This document shows, piece after piece, positions 26,010-37,280 of a stretch of 64,000 nt of DNA; positions within the stretch are counted from its first letter, which is position 1; every line of letters starts with the position of its first letter. This stretch comes from Dipteris shenzhenensis (lineage: Eukaryota). The DNA is taken from NCBI GenBank assembly GCA_047967505.1, contig CM106538.1; one strand, written 5' to 3'. A program made the translations under genes and the position numbers. The notes under the pieces were generated by a model. The model was not told where the DNA came from, ran no database searches, and worked only from the letters and a program-made list of their open reading frames with translations.

Positions 26010-28040
26010 ATGGCACCATTCGAGGGCATCTCCAACTAGTACCAAGTTCACTTAGAGTTGGAGGCTGAATATGCAAGCACACGTAGTCTAGTGGGACTGA
26101 GGGGAGCTTCCAAGATCCAGAGTCTTTGTTTGCAAGGAAAGAAGCATCTCGACCTTTGGATGGAAGGATATTGTATCCTTTAGATCCTGCCAACCAAAAG
26201 AGCCCTCCTTTTCATACAATGCATGAGCTAGTTTGGTTTGTTACAAATGGGCATGTGAGGTTTCTTGGTTATAGCAATTAGTTTAGAAATGCTCATACAA
26301 TGGCAATGCAAGCAAGTGAGTTGCACAAAGCCCAAGCAAAGCAACTAGTACATTTAGGAAATAGTATTATTGTTGCAATGCATAACTTTGTGCATGAGCT
26401 TCAAAGGTAGAACAAGGATCTTCATGATAAAGCCAAAGAATTCGACTTGGAGAAAAATGGATTGGACTTGGAGCGATGGAAATTACAAGAGTCACTCTAT
26501 AAGCTACCTGAAACCAAAAAAGGCTTGGAAAGATCTATATACAATCAAGTTTAACGAGTTGTAGAGAAGGAATGAGAGAAGGCAGAAGAATGAGTGCAAA
26601 GGATGAAACAAACACCTATGGGATTGAAGGATAGAAAAAGAGGGTACTTACAGAACATGGATGCATGCATTGGCACCCACTAATGGTGCTAGAAAGAGGA
26701 GAATTCAGGCTACAAGGTTGGTCATCAAATGTTCTAACGAAACTACACTCTTTTGTGTTACACTATTTGTGACTAAGTTTTTCTTATGTTCTTCTTTAGG
26801 AACTTCATGGAAGATGTGATGAGACTATTCATATGCTCTATCCAATCTATTAAAGTCAAGTGGTCATTGGAATACTAAGGGACCCAAGACACAAGTGCCT
26901 ATGTGTGCAAGTTGCTGAAGAGATGATGAAGGACTCCAGTGACATTGTGGACAAAAAGGAGATGCTTGCAGCTTGTGATATTGCCAAGGCGAAAGTCATG
27001 AAGCTTACACATCTATTTTCAAAATTTTCAAGTCTGTGCCCCTACCCACACCTTGGTCTATGAGACATGCATGGTAAGAAACAAACCAACGTGCAAGAGA
27101 AATGCTTGGAGGGTACCATTGCATAAGGGGCATAATGACTTGAAAGAGTAAAACAAAATTTGGTTTGCAAACCTTTGAGATGAATGCTTTCAACATCTAC
27201 TTAGATGTTGATAAACGGCAACAAGCAATGGTCAAATTCTATGGCATGAGAGAAGATAGTAAGAGAAAATCCATTAGAGCATTACACTTTACTTCATTTC
27301 CTATATTGTGTTTATCCTAACGATTTCTCTCTTTTGTTGTACAGAATGCGATGGCAAGCTCATATTTGTCATCAAAATGGATGAAGCTCAATTGGTAAAA
27401 GAACACAAGTTAGAGAGAGTGAGCATCTGCATTATGAATAAAGCCTTAGACTTTGTTCAAGGGAACAAAGAAGTAGAGCAAGATTTCTCAGCACAATTAG
27501 AGAAAGATATAGGGTGGCTTGTAGCATTTGAGACTCTGAAATAATGTCATGAGACATTGAAGTGTGTTCTAGATAGAACAAGAATCTCATCAACGATCCA
27601 AAGATAAGAGGGAGGGCAAACACTGATGGAAGATAGCCATGGAACATTTTGAGTTGAATGGCATCTTGCTAGTGATTTGAAAACCCTCAAGTGCTTGCAT
27701 GGTTGTGATACAGGGGCAAATGCAATGTTCACATGCCTTTATTGCATGTGTTTGCAACATAGGCAAAAGGATGGATTACAATAGGAGAATGGCATTCTAT
27801 CTTGTAGCTGATTGCAAGCTCCCAATCGCGACAAGAAGGATCCAAAGTGGGATCCCATCTTGCCCATCCCACTAGAGAGAGTACACATATGTACTTTACA
27901 TGCAAAACTGCGTGTACTTGATAAGTTGTTGTATTTGCATCTTGTTTATGCTTGGAATTTAATTCCGCAAGAAGTATCTGCATGGTGCATTGTAGAAGCT
28001 GAATAGTTGCTCTCAGAGATAGGATTCCATTGAGAACACT
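26010..28040 (+). pseudogene. RAG1/Transib-like DDE transposase, N-terminal and central part (3 exons, stops and frameshifts)
   Basis: Manual translation gives RKRGYLQNMDALAPTNGARKRRI, KLIFVIKMD (D 27380), KLERVSICIMN, K*CHETLK, VEWHLASDLK (D 27674), FTCLYC and HICTLHAKLR, in the order of the RAG1 core motifs. GT-AG introns at ~26717-26799 and ~27258-27344. Confidence 0.7.
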
Positions 28041-28751
28041 TATTTAATTAATTTTGGACTCATATGTCTACATTTGGACTAATCCTAACAATCCTTCCCA
28101 ATGAAAAGTTTACTTTATGAAAATATCATTCAAGAATCATAAGTTTACTTTTTGGCATTGTCATTTCCACATAATAAAATTTGCAATATCTCTCTATGAT
28201 CATTAGGGGAGAAATGGGTGTCAAAAGGGCCTTCAATTAGTGTTTCCTAATTTCAAGGATATTAGGGAAGGATTGGAGGTGTAGCAATGAGAGTGCTCCA
28301 AGGTTTGGGAGAATGGTATGTTGAGGTGGACGGTGGGAAGGCCTAGAAAGAGCCCTTTTTGGTTGTTCCCCTTACAGCAGGGACCACCCAAACCATCCAC
28401 CCCCATCCCCCCCCCCTTAATCCATGCTAAACCCTCCTCCTATGTGCACCTTCCCCACATCAACCCCAAATGGCATTCAAGAGGAGGTGGGCCATCTTGA
28501 GCGAGTTTTGATTACTCCTCCCAAATAAAAATTTTACTTTTTGACACTATCCTTTCTTAATAAAAATTATATTTACTCACACTATTATTTTGGACTAATA
28601 ATGCAAAAACTAGGAAACATAATTCGTACCTTACTCTATATTGCAGAAATCCTAGTATAAATATTTATTATAAATAAAATTCAATCCTCTTTTAAGAACT
28701 ACCTTTTTCTTAACTTATTAGTAATTTAAATATACCAAAAACCAAAAAAAT

Positions 28752-28880
28752 AATATATATATATATATGTATGTATGTATGTATATATATATATATATGT
28801 ATATGTATATGTATGTATGTATGTATGTATGTATATGTATGTATGTATGTATGTATGTATATATATGTATATATATATAT
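28752..28880. repeat. (TA)n/(TATG)n microsatellite
   Basis: Directly visible. Confidence 0.95.
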
Positions 28881-29569
28881 TCCCCCTCTCCCCCTTTCCC
28901 TTTCCCTTCCCACACCTCCCCTTCTCCCCCTCCCCCTCCCCCTTCCCCCCTACCCCCCCCCTTTCCCCCCACCTCCCCCCCCTTCTCTCCCCCCCCTCCC
29001 CCTTCCCCCCTTCTCCACACCACCACCCCCTCCCCTCCCTCCCCCCCCCCCCCCCCCCCAAACTTTCCCTCCCCCCCCCCCTGCCCTTCCCCTCCTCACT
29101 CCCCCCCCACCCGCCCTTCCCCTCCCCCCCCCCACTTGCCCCCCCCCCCCCCCCCCCCCTCCCCTCCCTCCCTCCCCCCCTTTTCCCCTCCCCTTCCCCC
29201 CCTCCCCCTTTCCTCGTCCCCCTTCCCCCCCCCTCCTCCATTCCATTAATTCCCTTTTTTTCCTACCCTCCCCAATAAAACTTTTTAAGGGCGAATAGAT
29301 GAATTTAGGAGCTTCTCCAAACTAGTGTGGCTAATATTTCAATCTTGAAATTTGATAGATTCACCCAAAAATTAACATAATATTCTCATATGAAGTCCAA
29401 ATTTAGCCCTCAAAGCACTCAAATTGATCGGCATAAGTCATCTAAAGTCATTTATATTGTTAGAACTTTAAAATTCCAGCTTATTAGAAACCTGTGAATG
29501 AAGTTTAATTATACATAAACCCATTGAAGCCTTAAAAATGGTAGCATGGCTAATATTTGTAACTCTAGC

Positions 29570-29725
29570 CCACACCCTAAATCCTAACCCTTAATCCCTA
29601 TAGCCTAAACCCAAATTTCTATATTGTAAATCTAATTCTTATAACTTAGACCCTAAAACCTATACCCTAAATCATATATCCTAAACCCTAAACCCTATAC
29701 CGTATATCCTATATCCTAAACCTTA
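29570..29725. repeat. Degenerate plant telomere-like (CCCTAAA)n tract
   Basis: Contains ccctaaa, tcctaac, gcctaaa, ccctaaaa, cctaaaccctaaaccctata and similar. Confidence 0.7.
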
Positions 29726-29727
29726 AG

Positions 29728-32700
29728 CCAAAAAATAGTATTTGAGGTGTGTTATTCAACCATGCACATAACCAATGGGCAAGATGCTTTGCACGCACAT
29801 CAATCAAATCTATGTTAAAGCACATGAAAAGTATCATGTCCATTGGATATGCTTTCGATGGTCAAAGTCCATACAAATCCCGTTTTTGACCAAGTGTTAG
29901 GCACAACCATCAAAAAGTAGTATTTGAGGTGTGTAATTCGAACGTGCACAGAACCGATGGGAATGATACTCTGGACACACATGTGAATCCAACCTATTTT
30001 AATGCATGTACAAATTATTGTACCTATCGTATATGCTTTGGATGGTCAAAGTTGCCACAAACCCCATTTTCCATCAAGTGTTATGCACAACCATAAAAAA
30101 TGAATCTTTGAGGTGTGTTACTAGAATGTGCACTTACCTAATGGGCATAATAATCTTCACTCATGCCAATCCACCTATGCTGAGTCCTGTACAAAGGATC
30201 ATGCCCATCAGATATGCTTTGGATGGTAAAACTTGCCACAAATCCCATTTTTCACCAAGTGTTATGCACAACCACCAAAAACATTCTCTGAGGTGTATTA
30301 TTCAAACCGCGCACATACCCGATGGGCACCATACTTTGCATGTGTATAAATTCAACCTATTTTGAGCTGTTTGCAAAGTATCATGCCCATCAAATATGCT
30401 CTAGATGGTCAAAGTCACCACAAACTCCGTTTTTCACCAAGTGTTATGCACAACCGCAAAAGAAATAGTATCGAAGGTGTGTCATTAGAATTCTCTCATG
30501 CCCAATGGTAAAGATACTTTGCAAACATGTCAATACACCTTATGTTGAGGCATATGCAAAATATTGTGCCCATCGAATATGCTTTGGATTGTCAAACATG
30601 CCACAAACACCATTTTTTACCAAGTGTTATGCACAACCGCTAAGAAATAGTACCTGAGATGTATTATTAAAATGAAAAGGGTACGATGATTTGCACAAGT
30701 GTGAATCTATCCTATTTTGAGGTGCATGAAAATATCTTGCCCATTGGATATGCATTGAATGGTCAAATGCACCACAAACCGTGTTTTTCACCATGTGTTA
30801 TGCATAACTACCAAAGAATAGTATTTGAGGTGTGTTATTCAAATGTGCTCATACCTGATGGACATGGTACTTTGCACATGCATCAATCCAATGTATTTTG
30901 AGTTGTGTGCAAAGTATCATGCCCATTGGATATGCTTTTGGATGGTGAAAGTCGCCACAAACCGTGTTTTTCATTCATCTCAATACAACCTATTTTGAGG
31001 TCCGTGCAAAGTATCGCATCCATCGAATATGCTTTGGATGATCAAACATGCCACAAACTCCATTTTTCACTAAGTGTCATGCACAACTACCAAAAAACAT
31101 ATTTTGAGGTGTGTTACTCAAACACGCACATACTTGATGGGCACGATACTTTGCAAGTTAGTCAATACAACCTATTTTGAGCCATGTGCAAAGTATCATG
31201 CCCATCGTATATGCTTTGGATGGTCAAAGTCACCACAAATCCCGTTTTCCATCAAGTGTTATGCACAACCATCAAAAATTGTATTTGAGGTGTGTTATTC
31301 GAGCACACACATACTCGATCGGCATGATACTCTTAATACAAGTCAATATAATATATTTTGAGACTTTTGCAATGTATCGTGCCCATCAGATATGCTTTGG
31401 ATGATCAAACTCACCACAAACCTTATTTTTCACAAAGTGTTATGCACAACCGCCAAAAAACACGCTTTGAGGTGTGTTATTCAAACATGCATATACTTGA
31501 TGGGCATAATACTTTGCACATGAGTAAATAAAACCTATGTTGATTTGTATGAAAAGTATCATGCCCATCAGATATGATCTATATGGTCAAAGTTGCCACA
31601 AATCCCGTCTTTCACCAAGTGTTATGCACAACCACAAAATAATAGTATCTGAGGTGTGTCATTCAAATGTGCTCATACCCGATGGGTGCTATGCTTTACA
31701 CACACATCAATACAATATATGTTGAGGCATGTGAAAAATATCATGCCCATCGGATATACTTTCGATGGTCAAACATGCCACAAACTTTATTTTTCACCAA
31801 GTTTTATACACAACCGCCAAAAAATAGTATATGAGGTGTATTATTCGAATGCTCTTATACTTGATGGGCACAATAATTTGCACACATGTTAACATAACCT
31901 ACTTAGAGGTGCATGAAAAATATTGTGTCCATCATATATGCTTTGGATGGTAAAGTGTGCCACAAATCCATTTTTCACCAAGTGTTATGCACAGCTACCA
32001 AAAAAGAGTATTTGAGGTGTGTTATTCAAATGCACTCACACCCAATGGGAATGATACTTTTCACACATGTCAATACAACCTATGCCCATTAGATATGGTT
32101 TTGATGGTCAAAGTTGGCACAAACCCAAATTGATTATAAACAACAGCCAAAAAATAGTATTTGAGGTGTGTTATTTAAATGTGCACATACCAGATGGGCA
32201 CGATACCTTGCACTCATGTTAATTTGAACTTTGTTGATTCTTGTGAAAAGTATCATAATTGTATATGCTTTGGATGATCAGCAACAAACCCTATTTTTCA
32301 CTAACTGTCATGCACAACTGCCAAAAAGCATACTCTGAGTGTGTTATTCAAACGTGCACACACTTGATGGACATAATACTTTGCACGTGTGTCAATCCAA
32401 CCTATGTTGATTTGTGTAAAAAGTACTATGCCCATCAGATATGCTCTAAATGGTCAAAGTTTCTAGAAACCCTATCTTTCACCAAGTGTTATGCACAACT
32501 GCCATAAAATGTATCTGAGATGTGTCATTCAATTGCACTCATACCCGATGGGCATGATACTTTGCACACACATCAATACAATCTATGTTGAGTTGCGTGA
32601 AAAATATCAAGGCCATCAAATATGCTTTGGATGGCCGAACATGCCACAAACTCCATTTTTCACCAAGTGTTATGCACAACTGCAAAGAAATAGTATATGA

Positions 32701-32998
32701 GGTGTATTATTCAAATTCTCTCATACCCAATGGGCATGAAGTGTTATGCACAACTGCAAAGAAATAGATATGAGGTATATTATTCAAATGCTCTCATACC
32801 CGATGGACACGATGTTGTGCACACGTGCTAGTCTAATCTAATTAGAGGTGATTGAAAATATTGTGTCCATCGGATATTCTTTGGATGGTCAAACGTGACA
32901 CAAACCCCATTTTTCATCAAGTGTTATGCACAATCGCCAAAGAATAGTATTTGAGATGTGTATTCAAATGCACTCATACCCGATGGCAATGATACTTT
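29728..32998. repeat. ~182-bp satellite array, about 18 diverged monomers; one more monomer at ~24700-24868
   Basis: The marker tgaggtgtgttattc recurs at ~29743, 29925, 30109, 30289 ... 31286, 31468, 31650, 31832, 32013 and onward. Confidence 0.92.
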
Positions 32999-34090
32999 TG
33001 TTGGCATAAGTATGATCAAGGGCTTGCTCTATGGTGCATGTGTGCATCTAGAGGAGTCATATGTGTGTTTGTGTGTGTTGTAAAGGCACATCAAGTGCTA
33101 TGATGTGTCTAGTGTGTGACCTAAGTGATGATGTAAGCCAAAAGCCCCCACATGGGAGGTTCCTTTGATTTAGGCCAGTCCCAGTGATGTAGGGACTGAT
33201 TCCCATTGATGTAAGGGCTGATTGCCACTTATGTAGGGAAGGTATTACCTTCTCCCCCTTTCTATAAGAGAGAGACCTCTCTCTCACAATCATAATAGAG
33301 AACAACATATTGCTTTCATTGTGCTCTCACACCTCTTGCAAGATGCATCTATTCTATCCTACGGGATTCTACACTTGGTATCAGAGCTTTAGGTTCTAGA
33401 TCTAGCCTAGCCTAGCATTAGATGATTTCTCTAGCATAAACTACTAGTTTCTCAAAACTTCTTCATCTTCTCCATTTTCCTCCTTCTTCCCCAAATCTTT
33501 GAGAGCTCTGTTCTCTGCCTACAAACAACCATTGCTCAAACCCTTTGAGCTGCAGACTCCTCATGTACGGGTGAACTTCCAGTTGCAAGCATTTAAGGAA
33601 ATTTTGACTGTACGCGCAACGCCAACACTCACACTCCTCGATGGACTTTCGGCAATGCCGCCTCTGTGCTTATCCTTTTGCAAATTCCTCTAAGCCCGAG
33701 CTACAGACACTAAAGGAAAGCTGCTGTTGAAATCTAAGCTCATTTGGTCAAGAGATGGAGGCGCAACATACAAAAAACTAATCGGTTTTCTCAAGCATCT
33801 ATAGGGCGACCTGGCGCAACATTTCACCCTTTCTTATTGAAATTTTGGAGAAGTAATGACACAGCCTATGCCATAAAAACTCAAAAGGGCAAGTTTTCAC
33901 CTTGCAGACATTGTGGGAAGACTAATCACCTCTCAAAAGATTGCTTCAAGATCAATCCTTGCAAACATTGTGGCAAAAACAATCACCCTGAAAAGTATTG
34001 TAAAGCCAAAAAGGAAGCAACTACAAAGTCAGAAACTGCCAATCTACTTTCAGTTGATGTGCCTCCACAAGATGAGGCCTCCTATGAAGA
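32999..34090 (+). mobile_element. Copia-like element (family B): 5' LTR 32999-33373, PBS, internally deleted gag with two CCHC knuckles; runs into the gap
   Basis: TG...CA LTR. PBS TGGTATCAGAGC at 33376-33387. CRHCGKTNHLSKDC and CKHCGKNNHPEKYC. Confidence 0.8.
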
Positions 34091-34190
34091 NNNNNNNNNN
34101 NNNNNNNNNNNNNNNNNNNNNNNNNNNNNNNNNNNNNNNNNNNNNNNNNNNNNNNNNNNNNNNNNNNNNNNNNNNNNNNNNNNNNNNNNN
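34091..34190. other. Assembly gap (100 N)
   Basis: Run of N. Confidence 1.
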
Positions 34191-34271
34191 TAGAGGGGAA
34201 AGGGGATTGGGGAAAGAGGGGAAAGGGGAGAAGGAGAGGGGAAAGAGGGGAAAGGGGAAAGGGGGGAGGGA

Positions 34272-34319
<48 letters not shown>

Positions 34320-35072
34320 GGGAGGGAGAGAAGGAGCAAGAAGTTTGAATTCTAGAGTGGGAAGTTTGAATTCCTTGAGGGCTATATATTGCCTCTCACC
34401 TCTCCCGTAACTCATTTTCAATCACACCGTCCCTCTCATCATGTTCCCCTCCCTTCCTCTCTCCTTCTCTTTCTCCCTCAAATTGTGCTCTCCCCCCTCC
34501 CCCTCCCCCTCTCCCTCTCCCTCTCCTTTCTCCTCCCTTCTCTCCCTCTCTTTTCCCATTTTCCTCCCTTCTCTCCCTCTGTCTTCCCTTCTCTCTCTTT
34601 CTCTCTCTTCTTCTTCTCCTCTTCTCTCTCCCTCCCTTTCTTCCCCACCCTTTCAAGTGTCCTCTTGACCTTACAAAGTCAATGAATTGCATGGTGTGCT
34701 AGAGGGATTGCATTGCCATGGCAAAAAAAAATTATTATTATTATTATTTGTTGTTGCCGCATCAGCATGATCTATTCCCCTCCTCCTTGTCACCCACCCC
34801 TCTCCTCTTATCTAATTAAATTTGTTTTAAAAAAATTACTTCTCCCCTCCCTTTCCCTCTCCCATCCCCCTTCCTCATTTTTTATGTTAAAATTCTTGCT
34901 ATCGCGGGAGACCTCTCCTCCCTTCTCTCTTCCCCTTTCCTCTCCCCCTTTCCCTTCCCTCTCCTCTCTCCTCTCTCTTCACCTTTCCCTCCCCCCCCCC
35001 TCCCTCTCTATCTCTCTCTCTCCCTTCCCCCTCCCTCCTCTCTCTCTCTCTCTCTTCCTCTTTCCCTCCCCC

Positions 35073-35122
<50 letters not shown>

Positions 35123-35210
35123 AGCCCCCTCCCTCCCCTCTCCCTCTCCCTTCCTTTTTTAAAACTTCTTGCTACTCCTTCTCTCCCTCTCCCCTTCCCC
35201 TGCCCTCCCC

Positions 35211-35279
<69 letters not shown>

Positions 35280-35420
35280 CCTCCATCCCTCCCCTGCACA
35301 ATGCAAGGGGGTGGGAGAGCTTCCTTACCCTCTCTCTTTCTCTCTCTCCCTCTCTCCCTCTCCTTTCCTCCTCCATTCCATCTCTGTCCCCCTTCGTCTC
35401 TCTTTTACTTCTTTCCCTCT
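34191..35420. repeat. GA/CT-rich low-complexity tract with (GA)n and (CT)n microsatellites
   Basis: Directly visible. Confidence 0.9.
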
Positions 35421-35687
35421 CTTATTACCTCCATCAAGATGCGTCATTTGAAGGTGTGTGCTTTAAAAACCTTTGTAACTATTGCAATGTCTTTATTGGC
35501 ACCATTATAAAGTTCTTTGAGATTATACCATTGTTGCTTTTTGAAACTCTGAAAGGTGTTTATTGGCACCATTATTAACTCTTGGAGATTTTAGAGTTTC
35601 AAAACTCTAAAAGGTGTTTATTAACACCATTATTAAGTCTTGGAGAGTTAGAGGACTATCATGGTAAATTAATCTCATGCATGGACT

Positions 35688-35728
<41 letters not shown>

Positions 35729-36299
35729 ATGTATGTATGTATGTATGTATGTACGTACATGCGTAAGTACGTACACACACACATACAGTTTGTCCATGGA
35801 TTTAAATTAATTTTGTTTATTTTAGTTATTAACAAGTTGAGGGGAAGTTAAACTTTTAAATGAGGATTCTTAAAAATAAAAATTTATACTAGGATTTTTG
35901 CAATATAGAGTAATGTAAGAACTACATTTCTTAGTTTTTGCATTATTAGTACAAAATGATAGTGTCCTGGTAAATAAACTCTTTATTTCAAAAGAGTAGT
36001 GTCATCTTTTGGTTTTGGAAGGATATTTTCATAAAGCATATTTTTTCAATAGAAATTTAAGTATAAAAATAAATTGGGACCGTGCACCAGTCTATGTAAT
36101 ATGTTACATTAATTTTCATAGTTTTAGTTTTATTTGCTACTGTTTATTGTTTTTTGGTTTATCTATGTCACGTTTTCATAATTTTGATTTCATTTCCTTC
36201 AAAGCACTCTAAAAAATTTCTTATTTGTATGTTTTTATCCGTGTTTTGAAGAGTGAGTTTTTCTTGAAATTTTATCCAAAAACTAGTCCAAAAGTACCT

Positions 36300-36875
36300 A
36301 TAAAAAGGATTCTCATCCTCAAGTATTTACTTAGAGATCTGAAGTATGGACAAAGGTAGATGTATTGATAAATTTGCTTCGCTAGGTTCAAATCAAAGAG
36401 ATGTATTATGAAAGGTTCAAAATGGTTGTGAAAGAGTTTATGCAATTAATGGTGAAAGCATGGGGGGAGTGAAACATTAATATGCATTACATGGTAATCT
36501 TGTCACCATCATGGACCATGGTTTGTACAAAGTTAGGACCTTTAGTCCATTTGGAATATACAAGGCTTGGAGAAGTCGCACTATAGAGCGAAGGCAGCGT
36601 ACTTCAAGAACTCAAGGCATGGTGATGGTGTCACTTGTAGCAATGCATTGCATGAGACGTTCGACTGGTTTTTTAGATGTTTACTAGGTAGGACTTTGAA
36701 GTCTAAAAAGGAAAAGGCATCAGAACTTGTAAAAATCTTTAAATTGTATCAAAGAAATAGAAGGGATAGTGCTTGGAAAGCATCCATACAGAGTCGAGGA
36801 GTCACACATTGGTTGCAAGCTAGAGTGAGAGAAGGGAGAAGATGGGTCCAACCAGCAACAGAAGCTATGGCGTAA
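36300..36875 (+). pseudogene. RAG1/Transib-like transposase, C-terminal fragment
   Basis: YYERFKMVVKEFMQLMVKAWGE*NINMHYM / HHGPWFV...SIWNIQGLEKSHYRAKAAYFKNSRHG (E at 36570). Parallels RAG1 KITNYFHKTLAHVP...SIGAWASEGNES as recalled. Confidence 0.65.
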
Positions 36876-37280
36876 TTGTATACAGTTATGAAATTAATAT
36901 CTTGCTTATTTTGACCACAAATTGTGTACTCACACTTGAAGTCTAGGGTCTGTGTGAGGTAAGGAGGTTGGGGAAGGTGGGGACGACGTGAGGGAGGGTT
37001 AAGAGAAGGGAGGGGCATGGGGCGGGGGGGGGGAATGGTGGCAAGGGTGGGGGGAGGGAGGGGGGGTTCAATGGCAGGAGGGGGAGGGCGATGAGGGAGA
37101 GGCGGGAAAGTAGGGGGTAGGGCGATGGGGGGAGGGGGGAAGGCGACAGGGATGGGGGGGTTTGGATGGGATAGGGCGGGGGTAGGGGACAGGATGAAAT
37201 CCTAAACATAATTAAAAGGGGTGTAAAAACACAATGAGCCTATCTTAAAAGTTTTTAAAAACCCTAACTCTCATTATTCG

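Larger units (their letters stand above)
24862..29496 (+). mobile_element. DNA transposon with long TIRs, carrying a RAG1/Transib-like transposase remnant
   Basis: 24862-~25165 is the diverged reverse complement of ~29232-29496 (CACACATTTTCTATAAGCTGGAATTT vs CACAGGTTTCTAATAAGCTGGAATTT). The match continues inward into mirrored G-rich and C-rich tracts. No TSD seen. Confidence 0.75.

Noticed and set aside
28040-28520. RAG2-like partner gene convergent with the transposase
   Set aside because: Too short, with no kelch or PHD-like frame on either strand.
28710-29298. Pro/Gly-rich extensin-like ORFs (also at 25178-26068, 34050-35510 and 52673-53276)
   Set aside because: Artefacts of G/C-run and microsatellite sequence.
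29728-32998. CRISPR-like array or repeat-protein gene
   Set aside because: Whole monomers are homologous with no unique spacers, the ORFs are short and interrupted, and the context is eukaryotic.
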